Assembly (NCBI GenBank): GCA_050117845.1
Contig: JASFLY010000001.1
Span: 96,001-160,000 of the forward strand
Direction: 5' to 3'
From: Candidatus Zixiibacteriota bacterium
Lineage (GTDB): Bacteria > RBG-13-66-14 > B26-G2 > WVWN01
DNA length: 64,000 bases
Positions 19,212 to 27,142 of the stretch are shown piece after piece. Within the stretch, counting starts at the first letter, position 1. Each line of letters begins with the position of its first letter. The translations under genes and the position numbers were made by a program. The notes under the pieces were generated by a model. It saw nothing but the letters and a program-made list of their open reading frames with translations. It searched no databases and had not been told where the DNA came from.

Positions 19212-19901
19212 ATGCCAATGGCGAAGTTGGAATTCAAAGACGGCCGAGAAGTCCACGTCGACGAGGACAAATTGATAGCCGAAATAAAGGAGGGGGAGGC
19301 GGCATACGGCCGCGATATCCTGGAATACGACCCATTCGTCAACCCGGGCAACGAGATAACGAGGGAGGACGTGGAGGCCGCGTTCCGCATAGCCCGCAAA
19401 CCCCGCAGTAAGGCCGAACTAACCGCCGTCCACAACGCGATTAAAAAGAATAAAAACTTCTATGACGCGTTCCGCCTCATCGAACTCGGCACCGACCTCT
19501 TCACCACCGACGAGGCCGACGTGAACGACGCCATTACCGGCCCCTTGAAAGACCTGGTCGTGGGTCTCGTGGACCTGAAAAACGTGGATGTCGCCGTGGC
19601 CACGAAGATACTCCACCTGAAGCGCCCCTCCCTCGTTCCCATCCTGGACCGCTACATCTTCGCCTTCTACAGTTACCTCTACGTCGCGGGCAAGGGCCAA
19701 CGCAACGTCGGGACAAGCCTCCGCCTCCTGCGGGAGTTTCGCGCCGACGGCCGGAACAACCTCAACATCCTCAACGTACTCGGCGACCGCATGAACGACG
19801 CGGCGAATAAAAAACTGCCGCCGGGCCAGAAGGTATCGTTGACGCCCGTCCGCGTCCTCGACCGCATCATCTGGCGGCATATTAAGAAGCGGACGGGGTA
19901 A
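19212..19901 (+). CDS. Hypothetical protein, DUF6308-like (HhH-like motif)
   Basis: GGAGG RBS; LKNVDVAVATKILHLKRPSLVPILD and LTPVRVLDRIIW motifs. Confidence 0.6.
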   Translation: MPMAKLEFKDGREVHVDEDKLIAEIKEGEAAYGRDILEYDPFVNPGNEITREDVEAAFRIARKPRSKAELTAVHNAIKKNKNFYDAFRLIELGTDLFTTDEADVNDAITGPLKDLVVGLVDLKNVDVAVATKILHLKRPSLVPILDRYIFAFYSYLYVAGKGQRNVGTSLRLLREFRADGRNNLNILNVLGDRMNDAANKKLPPGQKVSLTPVRVLDRIIWRHIKKRTG

Positions 19902-19904
19902 CGG

Positions 19905-20915
19905 ATTCCCGAGAAATCCATTCCCACCTATACGCGTATCAAGACGAGTACTCGAAAAATCCTATTCATCTTCGTCGACGGCCTGGGGATAGGGCCGCCG
20001 GACGCGAGCGTCAATCCGCTGCTGGTCGCGCGGCTGCCCAACCTCGGAAAGCTGGTCGGGCCCGTGGACATGGCCGCGTGGCGGGAAGGCGTGTCGACCG
20101 ACCGGGCCACCCTTGTGCCCCTCGACGCCACGCTGGGCGTCCAGGGCCTGCCGCAATCCGCGACGGGCCAGACGGCCCTCTTCACCGGCGTCAACGCGTC
20201 GAAGCTCTTCGGCCGCCACAAGGAGGGCCGGCCCAATCGCCTCCTCAAGGGCGTGCTGTACAAGCACGGCCTCCTGCCGGTGCTGGGCCGCGCGGGCCTT
20301 AGGGCCACGTTCGCCAACGCCTACAACTCCTCCTCCATCCCCCGCTACATCGCCGGCGAGGCGCCGATGTCGTGCACTTCGGCGATGACCTATTACGGCG
20401 AGGGGGACTTCCGCACAACCGAGATGTTCAACCGCGGCGAGGCGGTGTACTTCGACCTGACGGGTCGCTACGCGCGGCGCCGCGGCGACGACGTCAAGCT
20501 GATGACGGCCGCCCGGGCCGGCGAGGCGCTGGGCCGAATCGCCCTCGGCCACGACTTCACCCTATACGAATATTTTTTAACCGACTTCGCCGGCCACCGC
20601 CAGAACATGTCCCGGGCGGTCTCTTACCTGGAAGATATTGACGCCGCGCTCGGAGCCGTGCTAAAGTCGTACGACCTGAGTCGCTACCTCTTCGTTTTAA
20701 CCAGCGACCACGGCAACGTCGAGGACCTTTCGACCCGTTCTCACACGAGGAACCCGGTACCGCTGTTGGTAGCCGGCGCGGGCTACGGCGAGTTCGCGGC
20801 CGGGTGTCGGTCGCTGATGGACGTGGCCCCGGCGATATTCAAATACTTCGGCGTCGACCCGCTTCGTTATTCCGGAAAACCCATTAACGACGAACTCATA
20901 ACGTTGCCCGATTGA
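19905..20915 (+). CDS. Alkaline-phosphatase-superfamily metalloenzyme (phosphopentomutase/iPGM-like); start uncertain
   Basis: ILFIFVDGLGIG (upstream of ORF-track start), GLPQSATGQT, TDFAGH, TSDHGN, HTRNPVP. Confidence 0.8.
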   Translation: MPEKSIPTYTRIKTSTRKILFIFVDGLGIGPPDASVNPLLVARLPNLGKLVGPVDMAAWREGVSTDRATLVPLDATLGVQGLPQSATGQTALFTGVNASKLFGRHKEGRPNRLLKGVLYKHGLLPVLGRAGLRATFANAYNSSSIPRYIAGEAPMSCTSAMTYYGEGDFRTTEMFNRGEAVYFDLTGRYARRRGDDVKLMTAARAGEALGRIALGHDFTLYEYFLTDFAGHRQNMSRAVSYLEDIDAALGAVLKSYDLSRYLFVLTSDHGNVEDLSTRSHTRNPVPLLVAGAGYGEFAAGCRSLMDVAPAIFKYFGVDPLRYSGKPINDELITLPD

Positions 20916-20925
20916 CGGAAGCTAT

Positions 20926-21882
20926 ATGGCCCCCTTACTCGAAGTAAAGAACGTCGGCAAGAGTTTCGGCGGCCTGGCCGCCCTGCGCGACGTCGACCTC
21001 GTAATCGACGAGGGCGAAATCGTCGGCCTGATAGGTCCCAACGGCGCCGGCAAGACGACGCTCTTCAACGTCATAACCGGGATTTATCCGCCGACCACCG
21101 GGACGGTTACCTACCGGGGCCGCGTCATCGCCCGGACGAAGAAGGCAGCGCGCTGGCTCGCGCCCTTCTCCATCGCGGCGCTCGTCTGCACCATCGCGGC
21201 TTTCGTCATCGCCGAACGGTTTTTCCTGACGCTTGGCGGCGCCGGCGGCCTGTCGGTCGGCGTGGCCCTCGCTTTCACCGCCGTGGGCGTAATCTTCGCG
21301 CCCAAGGGAGGCGTCCGGCCCGACCAGATAGCGGGCCGCGGCCTTTACCGCACCTTCCAGAACATCAACCTCTTCCACGACATGTCGAGTCTGGAAAACG
21401 TCGAGGTCGGCGCGCACCGCATGTCGAAGGTGGGCTTCTGGGACACCGTCCTACAAACGCCGCGCTGCCGCAAAAGCGAGCGCGAGGTGCGGGACGCCTC
21501 CGTCGAAGCCATGAAGTTCGTCGCCCTGGACGGCCACGAAGATAGCCAGGCTTCCTCGCTGGCTTACGGCCTCCAGCGCCGCCTGGAGATAGCGCGGGCC
21601 CTCGTATCCCGGCCGCAACTCCTTCTGCTGGACGAGCCCGCCGCGGGCCTCAACCCCACCGAGAAGAACGAACTCCTGGAACTCATCCGGCAGATTCGCG
21701 ACGCCGGCATTACCGTGCTGCTTATCGAGCACGACATGAAACTCGTAATGAACGTTTGCGACCGCGTATCGGTCGTCGACCACGGCGAGACCATCGCCGT
21801 CGGCAAACCCCAGGAAGTTCAGAACAACCCCGAGGTGATTCGGGCCTACCTGGGGACGGGCGCGAGTCGGAAGGGGGCGTAA
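20926..21882 (+). CDS. livG: LivG-type ABC ATPase with internal hydrophobic insertion
   Basis: GPNGAGKTT, RTFQNI.LF, LAYGLQRRLEIARAL, LLLLDEPAAG, IEHDM, VIRAYLG. Confidence 0.9.
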   Translation: MAPLLEVKNVGKSFGGLAALRDVDLVIDEGEIVGLIGPNGAGKTTLFNVITGIYPPTTGTVTYRGRVIARTKKAARWLAPFSIAALVCTIAAFVIAERFFLTLGGAGGLSVGVALAFTAVGVIFAPKGGVRPDQIAGRGLYRTFQNINLFHDMSSLENVEVGAHRMSKVGFWDTVLQTPRCRKSEREVRDASVEAMKFVALDGHEDSQASSLAYGLQRRLEIARALVSRPQLLLLDEPAAGLNPTEKNELLELIRQIRDAGITVLLIEHDMKLVMNVCDRVSVVDHGETIAVGKPQEVQNNPEVIRAYLGTGASRKGA

Positions 21883-21883
21883 C

Positions 21884-22615
21884 GTGCGAACGGGGATAAT
21901 AGCGGCCGCGTTGGCGTTCGTACTCGCGGCCGGGTGCGCGGGTAAGGCCGAGGAGGAAGAGGAAAAGGCCGCGCCCCGCCCGACGCCTACAGCGGAAACG
22001 GCGGCGGCAGACCCGGTAGCGGCCGACGTCGATTATAGGAAATTACCGCCGCCTTCTTGTAAAGGCGGCGCGCCACTATACGGCGTTATCGCTTCCCGGC
22101 GCTCGACGCGCACCTACGGCGGCCGAAAACTCACCGACGCGGAAGTGAGTCGCCTGCTCTGGGCGGGCCAGGGGATAACGTCTGAAGATAAGCGTCGGGC
22201 CGCGCCGTCCGCCGGCGCGTTATACCCCATAACGCTGTACTACGCCGACGACGCCGCGCTCTGGCGCTACGAGCCGGAGGGCCCGGGCTTGACTCGCGTC
22301 ACGCCCGACGACGTTAGGCCGGATATAGCCGCCGCCGGCCTGGGCCAGGCCCCCCTCAAACGGGCCCCGGCCATCATCGTCGTCGTGGCCCAACCGTCGA
22401 TAATCGCGGCCAAGTACGGCGACCGGGCGGACCGGTACTCCACCCTCGAGGCCGGCCACGTCTGCCAGAACATCCTCCTGGCCGCCGAGGACCTGGGCCT
22501 GGGCGCCTGTCCGGTGGGAGCGTTTCGCGATGACGAAGTACTCGACGTTCTGGGCCTCGGGGATGACTACAACGTGTTATACATGATACCGGTGGGAGAG
22601 AAGTTCGAGCCTTAA
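21884..22615 (+). CDS. SagB/ThcOx-like nitroreductase-family lipoprotein
   Basis: Lipobox AAGC; RRSTR, APSAGALYP, LEAGHVCQNILL, LGACPVGAF. Confidence 0.87.
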   Translation: MRTGIIAAALAFVLAAGCAGKAEEEEEKAAPRPTPTAETAAADPVAADVDYRKLPPPSCKGGAPLYGVIASRRSTRTYGGRKLTDAEVSRLLWAGQGITSEDKRRAAPSAGALYPITLYYADDAALWRYEPEGPGLTRVTPDDVRPDIAAAGLGQAPLKRAPAIIVVVAQPSIIAAKYGDRADRYSTLEAGHVCQNILLAAEDLGLGACPVGAFRDDEVLDVLGLGDDYNVLYMIPVGEKFEP

Positions 22616-22624
22616 GGAGACGAG

Positions 22625-23164
22625 GTGGAAAACGGCGGGAGAGGTTTGGTATTCGAGTCGGCGACCAACGCGAGGGGGGTAATCGATATGATCTATGCGA
22701 GCGTACTCTGCGTATTTATATGCGGCATTTGCGTTTGCGCGTTTTGGGTTACCTCTGAAGCCATTTCTTCCACGCTAGGTGTAGGGGGGTTCGATCCGTC
22801 TTTAGGCAGTATCATTGGGACCTTTACAGTAATTTCCGTAATAACCATATTGTTCGCCATGACCTGCGGCCCGAGTTTATCCAGGGTCACGTTAACGTTC
22901 GACGGCCGCCTCATAGTAATGCGTTACCCCGGGGGCCTCTCCCCACGCATTACGACGATACAAATTGAGGAAGTTATTTCGGTAATACGGCACGAGCCCC
23001 GGGACAACCTCAGCCTCCGTAGGATATTCGGCGATTTCAACCCGGCCAGGGCCGGCATAATAGTTAAAACCGCCGGGGAAAATTACTCGATAAATACGGA
23101 CGAATTCGATAAATTCGCAGAAGTGATTAAACGGTATAAACCGGAAGTCGAGATTTCGGATTGA
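22625..23164 (+). CDS. 2-TM membrane protein with PH-like C-terminal domain
   Basis: AAGGAG RBS; GLVFES, two TM, TFDGR; paralog of next two genes. Confidence 0.65.
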   Translation: MENGGRGLVFESATNARGVIDMIYASVLCVFICGICVCAFWVTSEAISSTLGVGGFDPSLGSIIGTFTVISVITILFAMTCGPSLSRVTLTFDGRLIVMRYPGGLSPRITTIQIEEVISVIRHEPRDNLSLRRIFGDFNPARAGIIVKTAGENYSINTDEFDKFAEVIKRYKPEVEISD

Positions 23165-23201
23165 CGCTCAAAGCGTACACGGGTGAAAGGCCCGAGCCGT
23201 A

Positions 23202-23660
23202 ATGACTAACGCCACCGCCGGCCTCGTTTTCGAGAGTTCCATAGAGCGTACGATGCTGTTCCGCGTGCTGGCGGCCGCGGCGGTAATCGGCCCCGGCGTA
23301 GTCCTCGCCGTTGCCGTGGGTTACTTCTGGACCCGGGAGGCCGAGGTAGCGTACATGATGATAGCGGCGTCGGTCCTCGACTTCTTCATGACGATGTTTA
23401 TCGCTATCACGCTCCGCTACGTCGAGGTTACGTTCGACGGCCGCGTCGTCCGCTTCGGCTCCGGCGTGTTCAAGAAATCGATACCCATCGGCCAGATATT
23501 CTCGGCCGAAGCCGCGAGGCCGGCGGGCGCGGATACCGGCGGCGCCCGGGCCGTGAAGCTATTCACGGCCTCCGGCACCTATTTATTAACCTGCCGTAAC
23601 GCCGATACCTTTGTCGAGATTATTAAAAGTTACGCGGCGGCCGAAGGGGCGACGACGTAA
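23202..23660 (+). CDS. 2-TM membrane protein with PH-like C-terminal domain
   Basis: GLVFES, two TM, VTFDGRVVRF.SGVFKKSIPIGQI.S. Confidence 0.65.
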   Translation: MTNATAGLVFESSIERTMLFRVLAAAAVIGPGVVLAVAVGYFWTREAEVAYMMIAASVLDFFMTMFIAITLRYVEVTFDGRVVRFGSGVFKKSIPIGQIFSAEAARPAGADTGGARAVKLFTASGTYLLTCRNADTFVEIIKSYAAAEGATT

Positions 23661-23661
23661 A

Positions 23662-24153
23662 ATGGTGAATAAGGAACCCGCAACCGTGCAATTCAAAAGC
23701 TCCGTCTTCTCGATGATGAACACGCTAATCCCGCTGATCGTCGCGCCCGTCATCCTAATGGGGATAGCCTTAACGCCGCGGGGAAACGCCGGCACAGTCA
23801 TGGCCTACGCCTCGTGCGCTATCGGCCTTGCGCTGATAGCGGCCGCGGCCGGCATCTTCCATCACCTGGTGGTGACATTCGACGGCCGGGAGGTCGTGTT
23901 CCGCTACGCGTTCATCAAGAAGCGTATCCCGCTCGAGACCATATATTCGGCCCAGACCCACGACATCAAATGGTTGCGCTTCGGCGGGACCGGCATCCGG
24001 ATCCGCCGCGACGGCGTAGGCTGGATCGCGGGCTCGGGGCCCGGCGTCAAGCTGGAGACGACCCGGGGCAACGCCTACGCCAACTGCGACCGGCCGGAGC
24101 AATTGGTCGCGCTCGTCGAGGACGCCATACGCACCCGCGGCGCCGGGAGTTAG
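23662..24153 (+). CDS. 2-TM membrane protein with PH-like C-terminal domain
   Basis: ATG 23662; two TM, VTFDGREVVFRY.FIKKRIPLETI.S, FGGTGIR, DRPEQL. Confidence 0.7.
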   Translation: MVNKEPATVQFKSSVFSMMNTLIPLIVAPVILMGIALTPRGNAGTVMAYASCAIGLALIAAAAGIFHHLVVTFDGREVVFRYAFIKKRIPLETIYSAQTHDIKWLRFGGTGIRIRRDGVGWIAGSGPGVKLETTRGNAYANCDRPEQLVALVEDAIRTRGAGS

Positions 24154-24158
24154 TGGAT

Positions 24159-24878
24159 ATGAATAACGGCTCTTTTTTCAAACTGGAAGACGTAACCGTA
24201 TCGTACGGGCCTATAGAAGCGTTGCATCGGGTAACGATCGAGGTCGGCGAGGGCGAAGTCGCATGCCTCATCGGCGCCAACGGCGCGGGCAAGTCGACGA
24301 CGCTTATGACCATATCGGGCATCCTCAAACCCAAGGAAGGCCGGAAGTACTTCGACGGCGACGACATCACGAACCTCAAACCCGACCGCGTCGTCTCCCG
24401 CGGCATCGTCCAGGTGCCCGAAGGCCGACGGCTCTTTCCCCGCATGTCGGTCGCCGAGAACCTGGCGATGGGGACCTTCGCCCGCGGCGGCGCGGAGACG
24501 AAGCGCCGGCTGGAGCACGTCTACGAACTCTTTCCGGTCCTGGCGGAGCGGCGCAGCCAGCGTGGCGGCACGCTCTCCGGCGGCGAACAGCAGATGCTCG
24601 CGATGGGCCGGGGCCTGATGGCCTCCCCCCGCCTACTGTTGCTGGACGAGCCGTCGCTGGGCCTGGCGCCGCAATACGTCGAGACGATATTCGAGACCGT
24701 AAGTCGCGTCAACGAGGAGGGTATCACCATCTTCCTGGTGGAGCAGAACGCGGCCATGGCGCTCGAGGTCGCGGCCCGGGGCTACGTTATGGAGACCGGC
24801 GACGTCGTGCTGGCGGACACGAGCGCGAACCTGCGCACTAACGACGACGTCCGCCGGGCGTATTTGGGGGAGGGGTGA
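24159..24878 (+). CDS. livF: LivF-type ABC ATPase
   Basis: GANGAGKST, QVPEGRRLF, LSGGEQQMLA, LDEPSLGLAP, VEQNA, VRRAYLG. Confidence 0.93.
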   Translation: MNNGSFFKLEDVTVSYGPIEALHRVTIEVGEGEVACLIGANGAGKSTTLMTISGILKPKEGRKYFDGDDITNLKPDRVVSRGIVQVPEGRRLFPRMSVAENLAMGTFARGGAETKRRLEHVYELFPVLAERRSQRGGTLSGGEQQMLAMGRGLMASPRLLLLDEPSLGLAPQYVETIFETVSRVNEEGITIFLVEQNAAMALEVAARGYVMETGDVVLADTSANLRTNDDVRRAYLGEG

Positions 24879-24882
24879 GGCC

Positions 24883-25935
24883 GTGCGCGTGCTCTACGGC
24901 ACCCAGGGGACCGGCAACGGCCACCTGTCTCGGACGCAGGCCATAGTGCCACTCCTCCGGGAGGCCGGCGTCGAAATCGAGCTGATAATATCCGGGACTG
25001 AAAGCGAGGGCCTCAAGCGCGGCGTTCCGGAGCTTCAGCCCTACCGGGCCTTCCACGACCTGAGTTACGTCCGGCACGAGGGCCGGGTAGACCTGGGCCG
25101 GAGCCTGGAGATATTCAAACCGCTCGAGCTCGCCGAGGATTTCGCCGAAATACAGGGCGAATACGACCTCGTAATCAGCGACTTTGAGCCGCTGACGGCG
25201 TGGTGGGGCCTGTCGCACGAGGTGACAGTCGTCGGTATCGCGCACAACTGCGCCTTCCAGGGTAGGGCGCCGCGGCCGCTGGTGGGCGACCCGTTAATTG
25301 AGGCCGTCTTCCACTACTACGCCCCGGCCGACGTCCCCCTCGGCTCCCACTGGCAGCGCACGTCCGAGACCGTGATCCCGCCCATCGTGCGGGCGGAGGT
25401 CCTGAACGCGGAGGTCGAGGACCGCGGCCACGTCCTGGTCTACCTCCCCAGCTTCTCCGACGCGACGCTGGACGGGGCCTTCGGCGACGCGGAACTGGCG
25501 CCCTTCGAGTTCATCGCCTATCCCAAGAACTCGAAGCACGACGTGAGAGCGAACAACCTGACCATCAAGGATTTCTCCCGGGAGGGCTTCCGCGAGGATT
25601 TGCGGACGGCCCGGGCGGTGATAACGAGCGCCGGTTTCACGCTCCTCTCGGAATGCCTGCACCTAGGTAAGCCGCTCTACGTCATCCCGGAGGCCGGCCA
25701 GTACGAGCAGACCTGCAATGGCGAGGCGCTGAAGAGGTGGAACCTGGGCGCGGTGGCGACGAACTTGAAGCCGCGCGACGTGGCCAACTGGCTCGAGGCC
25801 CGGCGGATGTTGCAGAAGCGCTGGCCGGACGTGGCGGCGGCGTTCGTGGAATGGGTCGCCGGCGGCCGGGAGGAGAGCGCCGCCGACTTCTCGGCCCGAT
25901 TGTGGGAGGAGACGCGCAAGCTGGCGGCGGATTAG
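24883..25935 (+). CDS. MJ1255/VC2487-family glycosyltransferase (GT-B)
   Basis: YGTQGTGNGHLSR, LVISDFEP, AGFTLLSE.L.LGKP...P..GQYEQ..N. Confidence 0.85.
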   Translation: MRVLYGTQGTGNGHLSRTQAIVPLLREAGVEIELIISGTESEGLKRGVPELQPYRAFHDLSYVRHEGRVDLGRSLEIFKPLELAEDFAEIQGEYDLVISDFEPLTAWWGLSHEVTVVGIAHNCAFQGRAPRPLVGDPLIEAVFHYYAPADVPLGSHWQRTSETVIPPIVRAEVLNAEVEDRGHVLVYLPSFSDATLDGAFGDAELAPFEFIAYPKNSKHDVRANNLTIKDFSREGFREDLRTARAVITSAGFTLLSECLHLGKPLYVIPEAGQYEQTCNGEALKRWNLGAVATNLKPRDVANWLEARRMLQKRWPDVAAAFVEWVAGGREESAADFSARLWEETRKLAAD

Positions 25936-25939
25936 ACAT

Positions 25940-26638
25940 ATGTTGAATAGAGAGGCAAAAATACAATACAAAAAATCCGCTTTAGACCGTGAGATGTCTA
26001 TAGCCCACGGCTTGATCGAAACCGGGTTTCGAGAAATACAACGCCTAGACGGAGCGAACGATTTAAATTTCGTGCCGCTTTTATTAATCTCAAGTGGGTA
26101 CGAAAGACTACTAAAATGTATTTTATTTATATGCCAGAAAGACGACGACTGGGCTTATGAAGGAAAACGCTACGATAAAATGGGAATAGCCGGACACGAT
26201 ATTGGCATGTTGTTGAACGATTTATTATCATTAGACGTTGTTGATGCGTATTCAAGGAGTTGCAAAGCAGCGGAGAAAGACATCGATGACATTAGAAATG
26301 ACGGGTATTTAAACAAACTCCTTGGAATACTGACGAATTTCGGATTGGGGTCAAGGTACTATAACTTAGACGTAATCTTCAAAGAAGAAACCGAAGGGTT
26401 AGACCCCGAAGAAGAATTCGAAAGGATCGGTACGAGAAGTGGGGATTACGGTGATGACGTAGACGAACTAATCAAACATATAAACAAAGATATGATTATC
26501 TCCTTCGAGAAGTTTACGCGCGCCTTAGCGAGACTACTTACTCTTGGGACCCTAGGGGATTTCGCGAAAGTTTTAGGCAATGAATTGTATGATTTCCTTG
26601 TAATCGCCGATGAGGAGTTTGGGGAAAAAGAATATTAA
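25940..26638 (+). CDS. AT-rich hypothetical protein, HEPN-like
   Basis: Markedly lower GC; ERLLKC.L...GHDI..LL...RY pattern. Confidence 0.55.
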   Translation: MLNREAKIQYKKSALDREMSIAHGLIETGFREIQRLDGANDLNFVPLLLISSGYERLLKCILFICQKDDDWAYEGKRYDKMGIAGHDIGMLLNDLLSLDVVDAYSRSCKAAEKDIDDIRNDGYLNKLLGILTNFGLGSRYYNLDVIFKEETEGLDPEEEFERIGTRSGDYGDDVDELIKHINKDMIISFEKFTRALARLLTLGTLGDFAKVLGNELYDFLVIADEEFGEKEY

Positions 26639-26695
26639 TAGCTAGCCCTAGGAAATATTGCTTTTTAAACCGATTTAGCCCCAACCTAAATAGAA

Positions 26696-26722
26696 GCCGG
26701 CCCCGGGCCGGCGTTTTCTTTT
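26696..26722 (+). terminator. Intrinsic terminator ending the ligA operon
   Basis: GCCGGCC-ccg-GGCCGGC followed by gTTTTcTTTT. Confidence 0.75.
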
Positions 26723-26735
26723 CTCATAAGCGGGT

Positions 26736-27133
26736 GCCGTCAGGTGTTACCACCTGACGGCCGGCAGACAGGAATGTCCGCCCCACCGATGGTAACATCC
26801 GACGCCACTTCAATTGGCAGGAATGCCCGTCCCACTAAATGGCCCCCAGATAAAATAACCCCCGGAGGGCGACCCCGCAGGCCGCGAGCGGAGCGGGCCG
26901 GCCGAGGAGGCGCCCGAAGGCCGCGGCGGCCGACGCGTAGCGGCGGCCAAAGCGGTAATTCGATCCGGCGCCGGGAACGGCGAACCCCGACGCCCCGGCA
27001 GACAGGAATGTCTGCCCCACTAAGCGATCGGGATACCGGCCGCTTTAGCGGCCGGTACGTCACCGGCGGAGGTTAGCCACTATGACAGACAGGAATGTCT
27101 GTCCCACCAATAACCGCCGGTTTCAACCGGCGG
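26736..27133. repeat. REP/BIME-like palindrome cluster 1
   Basis: A GCCGTCAGGTG-ttac-CACCTGACGGC; four B GGCAGACA-ggaa-TGTCTGCC-ccac variants; C TACCGGCCGCT-tt-AGCGGCCGGTA; D CCGCCGGTT-tc-AACCGGCGG. Confidence 0.85.
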
Positions 27134-27142
27134 CACGACCTA

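Noticed and set aside
21884..22615. Thiazole/oxazole RiPP cluster
   Set aside because: No YcaO, E1-like protein or precursor peptide nearby
26736..27133. CRISPR array from the repeated GGCAGACAGGAATGTCTGCC unit
   Set aside because: Spacing is irregular, spacers contain other palindromes, copies are dispersed and no cas genes are present
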